From Coraliomargarita sp. (GTDB lineage Bacteria; Verrucomicrobiota; Verrucomicrobiia; Opitutales; Coraliomargaritaceae), in assembly GCA_965216325.1 (NCBI GenBank), contig OZ244160.1, positions 1,632,001 through 1,696,000 of the forward strand: a stretch of DNA of 64,000 nt, read 5' to 3'. Position 1 is the stretch's first letter. Every line of letters begins with the position of its first letter. The notes beneath the pieces are model-generated. The model was not told the origin of the DNA. It did no database searches and worked only from the letters and a program-made list of their open reading frames with translations. Shown in pieces: positions 42,529 to 51,066 of the stretch. The position numbers and the translations under genes were made by a program.

Positions 42529-43764
42529 ATGGCATGGCGCATCGAAGAATCCGTCGAACGGGGCGAAATTGACAACCGCACACGTGACCGTGTGACTGGA
42601 AAACTTTGGCTCTGCGGACGCGATGAGCCTGTCCACATCGAGTTAACTGGTAACCCTTGGCGTGATTTGGCGGGACAATACCTGCGGTTCACGAACCCAG
42701 ACCCCAAGCCCTTACCTGAGAAGTATCAAAACTTCGCCACCGACCAAACGGGTGTCGTGGGCGACATGACCGCCGCACGCAAGGTCAAGATCCTGGAGTT
42801 CCCCATCGAAGAGCTTCACAAATATTACAAGACGGGTGTGCCGATGCCCTATCACTGGGGTAACTGCCTCTACTTAGAGTGGTATAGTGTGCGAAATGGA
42901 CGTGTGGTCATCGAGGGCCCTGAATGGCAGTTACAAGTTGAACCAGAAGCCGCATGGCAGATGACCAAAGCAGAGGAGATCGCTCAAGCCGAGGCGAACG
43001 GGCGGGCACTGACGGGCTTTATGGACATGATGGTCGAGGCCGCAGAGCAAGCCGAGCAGGAGGATCTCGACGACGATGCGCCACAAAGCACTGCGGAAGC
43101 TGAAGCCGATGCCGAAGCGGCCCGCATGGACCTGCTCAACGATCGGATCGACGCCCGCCTCCAACGAGAAGACGAACTCAACGCCGACACTCTCGACCGC
43201 ATAATGGAGGAAGAGCGCGAGCGGCTACGCAAAGAGCGCGGCGAGCCCGAACCGGAACCACCCACGCCCGAGGAAGCAGCCGAACAAAACCGCCGGATTG
43301 AGGAAATGAATGCCGCTGCCGAGGAGGCGCTGCAGGATGGAAGTGTTGACGATCAAAACCGCGAGCATCCATTAGTCACTCATTGCCACGACGTATCCCG
43401 CCGTCTTCGTAAAGCGATCAAAGCGAACGCCTGGCTTCCCGAAAATGCCCACCAAGAGCATCCACTGCACGTAATGCAACAAGGCCTCTGGTTTGCCTCC
43501 GCGAAACTTGCAGGCGCCCTCAACGGCGACTTAAACGATTGGCCACCCGACCCACTTTTTGCCGGAGATACTCTGGTGCGCCTCAAGAAAGCACGCAGCT
43601 ATTTGGCCGACTCGATGGCTGGCGCCCAAGCGGCAGAGGCCGAAAAACTCTGCGATCCCGTTTGGCTCAAAAGCCACCAGCAAGAACTCGAGTCTGTGCA
43701 ATATGAAGTGCACGAACTGATCGATGAAGTGCGAGGCGTGCTGCGCCGAAGCGAAGGCGAATGA
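42529..43764 (+). CDS. Hypothetical protein (beta-rich N-domain, acidic coiled linker, C-terminal helical bundle)
   Basis: 411-aa ORF with gene-like composition filling the mutS-holA gap; function not recognised. Confidence 0.75.
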   Translation: MAWRIEESVERGEIDNRTRDRVTGKLWLCGRDEPVHIELTGNPWRDLAGQYLRFTNPDPKPLPEKYQNFATDQTGVVGDMTAARKVKILEFPIEELHKYYKTGVPMPYHWGNCLYLEWYSVRNGRVVIEGPEWQLQVEPEAAWQMTKAEEIAQAEANGRALTGFMDMMVEAAEQAEQEDLDDDAPQSTAEAEADAEAARMDLLNDRIDARLQREDELNADTLDRIMEEERERLRKERGEPEPEPPTPEEAAEQNRRIEEMNAAAEEALQDGSVDDQNREHPLVTHCHDVSRRLRKAIKANAWLPENAHQEHPLHVMQQGLWFASAKLAGALNGDLNDWPPDPLFAGDTLVRLKKARSYLADSMAGAQAAEAEKLCDPVWLKSHQQELESVQYEVHELIDEVRGVLRRSEGE

Positions 43765-43779
43765 GACCACACAGAACAC

Positions 43780-43851
43780 GGAGGTGGGACACTCTTGTCC
43801 CACTCAATAGTAGCTTTCCTATAAAAGGCAGGACAAGAGTGTCCCGCCTCC
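43780..43851. repeat. GGAG-type REP doublet between convergent genes
   Basis: GGAGGTGGGACACTCTTGTCCCAC with inverted GGAGGCGGGACACTCTTGTCCTGC. Confidence 0.85.
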
Positions 43852-43854
43852 GAC

Positions 43855-44952
43855 TCAACTCAAGCACTTCACTGCCATCTCGCGGCAGACTTCTTCCTGC
43901 TCGTTTGGGCGCTGGATGATCGCTTCGAAGGCCTCCGTGAAGGCGATCTGGAAGTCGACTAGCTTCTTGAGCGGCACCTTGCGGGCCGTCTCGGCCAAGC
44001 GGCCCAGATACCATGGGTTTTGAGTAAAGACATTGAGGTTACTCTTTTCCGGATTCTCTCCAAAGTGTTGGCCATAGGTGCGGGCTGCGGCTTCGAGCTC
44101 GGACTTAGCAATGCCGCGACCACCGATCTGGATGGCTCCTGAATCCAACAGCACGCGCAACTGAATCAGCAAGCGGTTGCGTGACTGTAAGCTCCCGAGC
44201 AAACCGCGTGAATCATTGTTGGTGAAAAAGTGACGACGCAGCGCCTGCAGCGTCCAATCAAGCTTGAGCGAGAAGAAGGCATCCGCTGCCTCGAAGAAAT
44301 CGGCATCGCCGAAGTTCGGCACCAAGTCGGTTACCATGCGTTCATTGATCGGATCGGTGCTGCTGCCCGCGAAGGTGCAGAGCTTGCGGGTCTCTTCGAC
44401 GATCAGGCGAGTATTGCCCTGCACTTTGCCAATTAACAGCTGCACCGCATCACGGGTGATCTGCACGCCCGCTTCTTTGCATTGCTCTTGGATCATGGCG
44501 ACGAGCGCCTGCGCAGAGTCTTTGCCGCCGGCAACGGCAGTGAAGTCGGCCGTCTTCTGCACCCACTTGTAAAAGCTGCGGCGTTTATCCACGGGTTGCG
44601 CGGTAATCAGCACCCCCACCCCCGCGGGATCGAGCTCCGAGAGCAGCTCCTTTAAATCTTCCAACAGGTCCAAAGTGCCCTGCGCGCGGCCGGTGACGCT
44701 GTCCGCCATGAAGTTGACATCCTTCAGCCACACCACCTTGCGCTCACCGAACATGGAGAGCGTCTGCACCGCAGAGCGAAAGCGATTCAGCGCGTCCTCG
44801 ACCTCAGCGAGATTGCCCGCACGCCCATCCACGACTTCCTTGGACAAGTCGTCCATCAGGTCCTTCGTCTGCTCGGCAAACCACGCCTTACCCTTTTCCG
44901 AAACCAGGTAATCGTCGTCGCCGCAGATGAATGTGAAAGGCTTATCAGACAT
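43855..44952 (-). CDS. holA: DNA polymerase III delta subunit
   Basis: FICGDDDYLV, SMFGERKVV, DKRRSFYK, ETRKL; typical length. Confidence 0.8.
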   Translation of the reverse strand: MSDKPFTFICGDDDYLVSEKGKAWFAEQTKDLMDDLSKEVVDGRAGNLAEVEDALNRFRSAVQTLSMFGERKVVWLKDVNFMADSVTGRAQGTLDLLEDLKELLSELDPAGVGVLITAQPVDKRRSFYKWVQKTADFTAVAGGKDSAQALVAMIQEQCKEAGVQITRDAVQLLIGKVQGNTRLIVEETRKLCTFAGSSTDPINERMVTDLVPNFGDADFFEAADAFFSLKLDWTLQALRRHFFTNNDSRGLLGSLQSRNRLLIQLRVLLDSGAIQIGGRGIAKSELEAAARTYGQHFGENPEKSNLNVFTQNPWYLGRLAETARKVPLKKLVDFQIAFTEAFEAIIQRPNEQEEVCREMAVKCLS

Positions 44953-44962
44953 GAGGTCAGGA

Positions 44963-45081
44963 GAGGGCTGAAACTTGAAACTTGAGAGCTGAAAAAGTGC
45001 GGAAACTTAGAATCTGAAAACTCGCGTCTCCCTCCTCAGGTTTCAAGTCTCAAGTCTCAACCCTCAAAAGTCTCAGCCCTT
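44963..45081. repeat. Inverted clusters of degenerate heptamers (TGAAACT vs AGTCTCA/GGTTTCA) able to form a long hairpin
   Basis: GAGGGCTGAAACTTGAAACTTGAGA ... TCAGGTTTCAAGTCTCAAGTCTCAACCCTC ... AGTCTCAGCCCT. Confidence 0.7.
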
Positions 45082-45083
45082 CC

Positions 45084-46367
45084 TCAGTCCCGCGATCCAG
45101 GACTCAGAAACTCCTCGATCTTATACTTACGCAACTTGCGGCGCATCCAGTCGAGCGCGGCGATCACGGCGCGCGCTTTCACGTCCAAGCGACCACCGGT
45201 GTAGCGCACGGTCTTGCACCAGACACCGACCGGTGAGTGATACCCAAGATGGATGGTGCCGACTGGGTTCTCCTTGTTGCCACCATCGGGTCCCGCAAAG
45301 CCAGTCACACTCAAGCCGTAATCCGCACACAAGCGCTCCGCTGCACCTGAGGCCATGGCCACCGCACACTCAGGACTCACCGCGCCATGTTGCTCGAGCA
45401 AACTCTCAGGCACTCCCAGTTGAGACACCTTAACGTCGTTGGTGTAGCAAATCACACCACCGACAAAATTCTTCGAGACTCCGGGAATGTTCGTAAACGC
45501 ATCCCCCAACAAGCCCCCCGTGCAAGACTCCGCCACGGCAAGGGTGCGATCCAGGGCACGCAGTTCGCGGAAGACCACCTGCGAGAGCGGGCACTCCCCA
45601 TAACAGACAAAGTCTTCGGCCATGATACGCCTCGCCTCTTGGGCGATCTCCTTCAACTTGTCCGGACCGAGCTTGCCCTTGCGACTGCTGAAGCGCACGT
45701 CCACGATGCCATAGTGCACGCAGTAGGCCACCGTCAGATCGTCATTTTCGGCGATCAAAGGCTGCATGCGCTCTTCGACCGTCGACTCACCCACGCCACA
45801 AGTGCGCACATTAGTATAGACCGGCTCAGCAGCCAACATTCCCTGCGATTGCAGCATGGGCAGCACCTGTTGCTCAAACATTGGATGTAGCTCATGCGTC
45901 GGGCCCGGCAGCATGATTAGAGTTTTACCCTGAGCTTGATAAACCATGCCCGGCGCAGTGCCACACTCGTTACGCAACACCACACTGTCTTGAAAACGAT
46001 AACACTGCTTCTTGTGGTGCGCCGCCATCTCACGACCCAAGACCGCAAAATACTGCGTGATCGCCTCTTCGATCTCCGCATCAAACACCAGCTCCAAGCC
46101 CAAGGCATTCGCAATCGTCTCACGCGTCAGATCATCCGCAGTCGGCCCCAGTCCACCCGTGGTAATAATCACTTCCGAGCGACGCCATGCCTCCCGAAAG
46201 GCACAGGCCACCTCGGGAGGATCATCGGTAATGATCTGCGCACGCTGCACTGGCAGTCCGTAACGAGCCAGCTGCCCACCCAAATATTTAAGGTGTGCAT
46301 TCTCACGGATGCCGACGAGCAACTCGTCGCCGAAATTAATCACTTCAACTGAAGGTAACGCTCCCAT
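45084..46367 (-). CDS. cinA: Competence/damage-inducible protein A (MoCF domain + PncC NMN deamidase)
   Basis: GDELL.G, TTGGLGPTADDLT, GTAPG, AESCTGG, HGAVS, TGFAGP. Confidence 0.93.
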   Translation of the reverse strand: MGALPSVEVINFGDELLVGIRENAHLKYLGGQLARYGLPVQRAQIITDDPPEVACAFREAWRRSEVIITTGGLGPTADDLTRETIANALGLELVFDAEIEEAITQYFAVLGREMAAHHKKQCYRFQDSVVLRNECGTAPGMVYQAQGKTLIMLPGPTHELHPMFEQQVLPMLQSQGMLAAEPVYTNVRTCGVGESTVEERMQPLIAENDDLTVAYCVHYGIVDVRFSSRKGKLGPDKLKEIAQEARRIMAEDFVCYGECPLSQVVFRELRALDRTLAVAESCTGGLLGDAFTNIPGVSKNFVGGVICYTNDVKVSQLGVPESLLEQHGAVSPECAVAMASGAAERLCADYGLSVTGFAGPDGGNKENPVGTIHLGYHSPVGVWCKTVRYTGGRLDVKARAVIAALDWMRRKLRKYKIEEFLSPGSRD

Positions 46368-46398
46368 CCTATTTTGACATCAACTCCACAACTCCACA

Positions 46399-46461
46399 AC
46401 TTCTGACTTCTGACTTCTGACTTCTGACTTCTGACTTCTGACTTCTGACTTCTGACTTCTG
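46399..46461 (+). repeat. Perfect tandem heptamer array (ACTTCTG) x9
   Basis: 63 nt, preceded by CAACTCCA x2; lies in the cinA/uvrC divergent spacer. Confidence 0.97.
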
Positions 46462-46487
46462 AACAAGCCTACACTAAATCGTAACAA

Positions 46488-47966
46488 ATGCCAGAGCCGG
46501 ACCAAAGAAACCTGAAAGAAAAAGTGCGGCGCCTCCCGCACAAGCCAGGCGTGTATTTGATGAAAGACCGGCTGGGACAGACCATTTATGTCGGCAAAGC
46601 CAAGGATCTGAAGAAGCGGGTCTCCACCTACTTCCAAGCCTCGCGCAAATTCACCGTGGCGCAGCCCAAGGTCCGGGCGATGCTTGACCTGATCCACGAC
46701 TTCGACACCATTCTGGTCAAGTCCGAGGCTGAAGCGCTCCTACTCGAGAGCCAGCTGATTAAAAAATACAAGCCGCGCTACAACACCGACTTTACCGACG
46801 ACAAGCGCTTTCTCTTGGTGCGCGTGGACTTGCGCGAGACCCTACCCCGGTTCCGACTCACACGCAACCGCATCGACGGGCAGTCGCGCCACTACGGACC
46901 CTTCGCTCACTCGGGGCATCTGCGCAAAACCCTCGCCGAACTACGGCGCAAATTCGGCATCCTGCTCAGTGACGCCAAACCGCTCGACCTCGGCGACGGA
47001 CGCTGGCGCCTCTACGACGACGCCCGCGCCGAAATCTACGAGCACCCGAACGAAGTTACACCCGAGGAATACCGCGAGCGTATGGACGCGGCTTGCGACT
47101 TTCTCGACGGCAAAGCCCGCGAGTGGCTTGAAGAGCTGCAGGAGCAAATGGCCAAGGCCGCCGAAGAGCGCCACTACGAACGCGCCGCCCAACTACGCGA
47201 CATGATCGACGCGCTCAAGCGCACCACCGAGCGCACCCGCAAGTTCGAGCGCAACTTGCTCGGCACCCACAACCACGGCCAAGTCGTCAAACGCCTGCAG
47301 GAGCAGCTTGCCTTGCCGACTCGCCCCAAGCACATAGAGTGTTTTGATATTTCGCACATCTCCGGCAGCTACTGCGTGGCCTCGATGGTGTGCTTCCGCG
47401 ATGGTCGCCCCAGCCGCAAAGACTACCGCCGCTTCAAAATTAAATCCTTCATCGGCAACGACGACTTCCGCGCAATGGAAGAAGTCGTCGGGCGCCGCTA
47501 CCGTCGCCTGCATGAGGAAGGCAAAGCCTTTCCCGATCTCGTCGTCATCGACGGCGGCGCAGGGCAAGTGACCTCGGCACTCAAAGCCTTCCTCGGCCAA
47601 GGCTTGGAACCGCCCGCACTGATTGGCCTCGCCAAGAAAAACGAAACGGTGATCTTCAGCGACGGGCGCGATCCGCTCAACCTCTCGCATCACGACCCGG
47701 CGCTGCGCCTCCTACAACACATACGCGACGAAGCCCACCATTTCGCAAACAGCTTCAACGCCGAGCTACGCAGCAAGCGCCTACGCGAATCCATTCTCGA
47801 AGATTTCAAAGGTCTGGGTGAAGTAAAGCGCATGGCCCTGCTCAAACACTTTGGTTCGCTGGATAAACTCCGTAAAGCCGACGCCGAAGCCATCTGCGAA
47901 GTTGAAGGCATCGGCCCGAAGACCGCGGAGCGACTAGTGGAGTTTTTGAGCGAGAGTTCGGAGTAG
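46488..47966 (+). CDS. uvrC: Excinuclease ABC subunit C (short form)
   Basis: PGVYLM..YVGKA..LKKRV (GIY-YIG), UVR motif YERAAQLRD, IECFDISH, IDGGAGQ, RDEAH, C-terminal HhH. Confidence 0.94.
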   Translation: MPEPDQRNLKEKVRRLPHKPGVYLMKDRLGQTIYVGKAKDLKKRVSTYFQASRKFTVAQPKVRAMLDLIHDFDTILVKSEAEALLLESQLIKKYKPRYNTDFTDDKRFLLVRVDLRETLPRFRLTRNRIDGQSRHYGPFAHSGHLRKTLAELRRKFGILLSDAKPLDLGDGRWRLYDDARAEIYEHPNEVTPEEYRERMDAACDFLDGKAREWLEELQEQMAKAAEERHYERAAQLRDMIDALKRTTERTRKFERNLLGTHNHGQVVKRLQEQLALPTRPKHIECFDISHISGSYCVASMVCFRDGRPSRKDYRRFKIKSFIGNDDFRAMEEVVGRRYRRLHEEGKAFPDLVVIDGGAGQVTSALKAFLGQGLEPPALIGLAKKNETVIFSDGRDPLNLSHHDPALRLLQHIRDEAHHFANSFNAELRSKRLRESILEDFKGLGEVKRMALLKHFGSLDKLRKADAEAICEVEGIGPKTAERLVEFLSESSE

Positions 47967-47977
47967 AACGTAAAATC

Positions 47978-48055
47978 GTAGGGGCTTTGCTTGCGAAGCC
48001 CGCCCAGTGGCATAGCCTTCTTTTCTAACGCGGGTGTCGCAAGCAACACCCCTAC
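47978..48055. repeat. Left REP doublet (REPIN) flanking RAYT
   Basis: GTAGGGGCTTTGCTTGCGAAGCCCGC with inverted GTAGGGGTGTTGCTTGCGACACCCGC. Confidence 0.92.
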
Positions 48056-48060
48056 GAGCT

Positions 48061-48609
48061 ATGCCAATACTGCCGCAGCGCAAAACGGAGAACCTTCTCG
48101 TCGGGCGAGCCTCCATTCCTCGTGCGCGCTACTTCATTACGCTTTGCACTGAAAACAGAGAAGCAGGCCTCACCGAGACATCCTATGCTGAAGCCATCCT
48201 AAACACATGGCGCGAGCACCATCGTGCAGGAGACTTTAAACTACAGTGCGGAACTATAATGCCCGATCACTTTCATGTTTTGTTTGAGTTGGGAGAACGG
48301 CTCTCGCTCTCCCAAGTAATTAGCAAATTTAAATCGACCTGCCCCAGCACGATTTCGTGGCAGCGTAACTACTACGATCATCGACTCCGCGCTGATGACG
48401 CGATGGAGCCCTTCAGCAAATATATTTTCCTTAATCCTTATCGAAAGCAGCTGATCCCCCTCAAGGAGACATGGCCTTGGTGGATATTGAACCGCAAATA
48501 TCGCCCAGAGTTCATTCTCCACCTTAGGAACGCGCGCTATCCTCATGCCGAGTGGATCAGCAAGAGTCCCGCACTCAACAAGCTGATCGAACAAGACCTG
48601 CAGCAGTAG
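48061..48609 (+). mobile_element. REP-associated tyrosine transposase (RAYT/TnpA-REP, Y1 HUH)
   Basis: YFITLCT, IMPDHFH (HUH), WQRNYYDH, YIFLNP (catalytic Tyr); REP doublets on both sides. Confidence 0.92.
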
Positions 48610-48685
48610 GGGCTTTGCTCGCGAAGCCCGCCACAACGTAAATGAATTCTCTTCCTACAGCGGGTGTCGCAAGTAACACCCCTAC
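48606..48685. repeat. Right REP doublet flanking RAYT; its GTAG supplies the stop codon
   Basis: GTAGGGGCTTTGCTCGCGAAGCCCGC with inverted GTAGGGGTGTTACTTGCGACACCCGC. Confidence 0.92.
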
Positions 48686-48755
48686 GCCTCCACACAAGTA
48701 GCACGCCGCCAACTCTTGACTCATCTTCAGGCGTTTAATTTACTCCCCAAGAAAC

Positions 48756-49052
48756 ATGTTCAAGCAATACACCACAGCTGAGCGTCGCATCCGAGAAAAG
48801 CAACGAGAGGAACGATTTACTGTCGTCCTACGAATTAGCTGTGGCCTAATTAGCCTGCTCATAATCGCAGGTTTTATCTATTTTTTCACCAATGGCGGCC
48901 TAGAAGAACTGAAGATTAATCAAGACCTTCGAAAGCATGCACCTAAGCTCGCACTCGCAATCCTCGGCATACTCACAATGACAGGCGTTTACGCAGTCAG
49001 GGGCGACAAAAGCATCGAGTCGATCCGAAGCATGTTTAGAGGCTATCGATGA
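48756..49052 (+). CDS. Small hypothetical 2-TM protein
   Basis: ATG start, two hydrophobic segments, TTGACT upstream. Confidence 0.6.
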   Translation: MFKQYTTAERRIREKQREERFTVVLRISCGLISLLIIAGFIYFFTNGGLEELKINQDLRKHAPKLALAILGILTMTGVYAVRGDKSIESIRSMFRGYR

Positions 49053-49171
49053 ACACACGAAAAGCATCCCCTGACATCTCCCATCCGGCAAGCGGATGAC
49101 CTCCCCTTCGCAGGGGAGGAGCTTTTCTTAACTCCGCGCTCTCAGCGAACTCTGCGGTTAATCCACCGAAC

Positions 49172-50884
49172 CTAAGAGGAATAATTCCAGTCCACCACCG
49201 TTGCTTGTGGGTAGCGGTTGTTGCGCCAGAGATTCCAGCTGAAGCGGATCGCGAGGTCGATGGGCTGGCCTGCTTCTGGCGCTTCGTCCATGCGCCATGC
49301 GATTCCAGCGATCGTTTGGCCGGCACCGGTGGGCAGACGGAAGCGGAAGTTGCCTTCACCAAAACAGTGTGGTGCATCGTTGAGCACCACGCCTTTCAAA
49401 CCAAAGATTGGTTCGGCGTTGCCCTGACCGAAGGGATGCAAGCGGTCGAGCTCTTCGAGCAAGCCTTCATGGAGATCCTCCGGCTTCAGCCATGCAGAGA
49501 TATCCAATGAGGCCTCGGGGAGCCCATCCGGATAGAGTTCTTCAAGTGCTTGCACAAAACGCTCGGCAAAGGCCGGCACATTGCTCGCCTTGAGCGACAC
49601 ACCGGCAGCCATTGGGTGGCCGCCCCAGTGGCCTAACAAATCGGTGCAATGTTGGAAAACTTCAACTAGGTTCGCAGCAACGACACTGCGCCCCGAGCCT
49701 TTGGCGTCTTCGCCTTCAGCACCGAGAATCACACAGGGCTTATGGAAGCGGCGGCTGACACGGCTGGCAACAATGCCGACCACGCCCGGGTGCCAGTCTT
49801 CACCGTAGAGCACGATGCCTGGCTTATTCGCGAATTCGCGCTCAGCACGGTCTTCCGCCTCTTGAGCAATGCTGCGTTCGATCGCCTGGCGCTCACGATT
49901 CATCTCGTCGAGCTCTTGCGCGATCTGAGTGCATTTTGCAGAATCGGAACTGAGCAACAAATCGATTGGCAAGGCGGCGTCGGCAAGGCGTCCACTCGCG
50001 TTGATCCGTGGGCCAAGCTTAAACGAGATATCGGTGCTGACCAAATCCTGCGTCGCATCAATACCGCTGACTTGTGCGAGCGCACGCACACCGGTGCGGC
50101 CGTTGGCGCGCAGATGGTGGAGGCCGAACCAAGAAAGGATACGGTTCTCCGCGTGCAGTGGCACGAGGTCAGCCACGGTGCCCATTGCCACCAGATCGAG
50201 ATAATCTTTGAGCTGCACGTTCTCGACACGCGGATCTTCGGCTTCGCGGCGACTCTTCAGCAAGCCATGCAGCAACTTAAACACGAGGCCTGCGGTGCAG
50301 AGGTCGCGCCAGGGGGCATCGGCCGGGTCGTTCACGTGCGGGTTGACGAAAATACAATCTTCCGGGCCGCTGCCCGCCTTGGCCTGGTGGTGGTCGACGA
50401 CGATCACATCGATGCCTTGCTCGCGCAGATAGGCGATCGGCTCGTTGGCATTGGTACCACAGTCGAGTGCAATGAAGAGCGCAGGCGGATTGCCGGCAAA
50501 TACGCGATCGATGGCTTCACGGCTCAAGCCGTAGCCTTCTTCGAGGCGGCGCGGCACACAAAAGCGCGGCTCCAGCTCAAGCTGGCGCAGCAGGCTCACC
50601 AGTTGCACCGTGCTGGTCACCCCATCGACATCGTAGTCACCAAAGACCACGACCGACTCCTTTGCTTCGATCGCTTGCTCGATGCGCTTCACGGCCGCTT
50701 CGAGATTGGTCAGCGCAAAGGGGTTGTCCAACTGAGCAAGGCGTGGACGCAGGAACTCTTCGGCCGCTTCGGCAGAGGTAAGTTCACGTTGTGCTAGAAG
50801 CTGTCCTAGAACTTTGGATACACCGAGTGTTTCGCTCAGCTGAGCAGCCAGCGATTCATCGGTTTCGAGTGAAGTCCAAAGCAT
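49172..50884 (-). CDS. recJ: Single-stranded DNA exonuclease
   Basis: GDYDVDG, EGYG, DCG, VDHH, GTVADLV, PRINASGR, GSGRS, GGHPMAAG. Confidence 0.96.
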   Translation of the reverse strand: MLWTSLETDESLAAQLSETLGVSKVLGQLLAQRELTSAEAAEEFLRPRLAQLDNPFALTNLEAAVKRIEQAIEAKESVVVFGDYDVDGVTSTVQLVSLLRQLELEPRFCVPRRLEEGYGLSREAIDRVFAGNPPALFIALDCGTNANEPIAYLREQGIDVIVVDHHQAKAGSGPEDCIFVNPHVNDPADAPWRDLCTAGLVFKLLHGLLKSRREAEDPRVENVQLKDYLDLVAMGTVADLVPLHAENRILSWFGLHHLRANGRTGVRALAQVSGIDATQDLVSTDISFKLGPRINASGRLADAALPIDLLLSSDSAKCTQIAQELDEMNRERQAIERSIAQEAEDRAEREFANKPGIVLYGEDWHPGVVGIVASRVSRRFHKPCVILGAEGEDAKGSGRSVVAANLVEVFQHCTDLLGHWGGHPMAAGVSLKASNVPAFAERFVQALEELYPDGLPEASLDISAWLKPEDLHEGLLEELDRLHPFGQGNAEPIFGLKGVVLNDAPHCFGEGNFRFRLPTGAGQTIAGIAWRMDEAPEAGQPIDLAIRFSWNLWRNNRYPQATVVDWNYSS

Positions 50885-50906
50885 GTTGTATGAGAAGTTA
50901 GGAAAC

Positions 50907-50981
50907 GTAGGGCTTCTGCTTGCAGAATGCGGCATACGCTGGACTGAACGTCCAAAGGCATCGTGCAAGCACGAGCCCCAC
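50907..50981. repeat. GTAG REP doublet
   Basis: GTAGGGCTTCTGCTTGCAGAATGC with inverted GTGGGGCTCGTGCTTGCACGATGCC (same stem as 34905). Confidence 0.82.
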
Positions 50982-51066
50982 AGAGACTATAAGATTAAGC
51001 AGAAAACAAAGAATGACGATTCGTTACCGAACCGCCATTCTTAAGATTAAAATTTGAGTAGAATTA

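Noticed and set aside
46380..46697. ORF with SQKSEVR repeats (and 58396..58593 with GQRSEVR)
   Set aside because: These are translations of the heptamer arrays, antisense to uvrC and tetR.
47978..48685. CRISPR array or IS200/IS605 element
   Set aside because: The repeats are inverted doublets, not regularly spaced direct repeats. There are no cas genes and no tnpB, and the protein motifs fit RAYT.
49065..49162. Short hairpins (CTCCCCT-TCGC-AGGGGAG; CTCCGCG/CTCTGCG repeats) as an ncRNA
   Set aside because: They look like generic intergenic repeat or terminator debris between convergent genes, with no recognisable RNA family.
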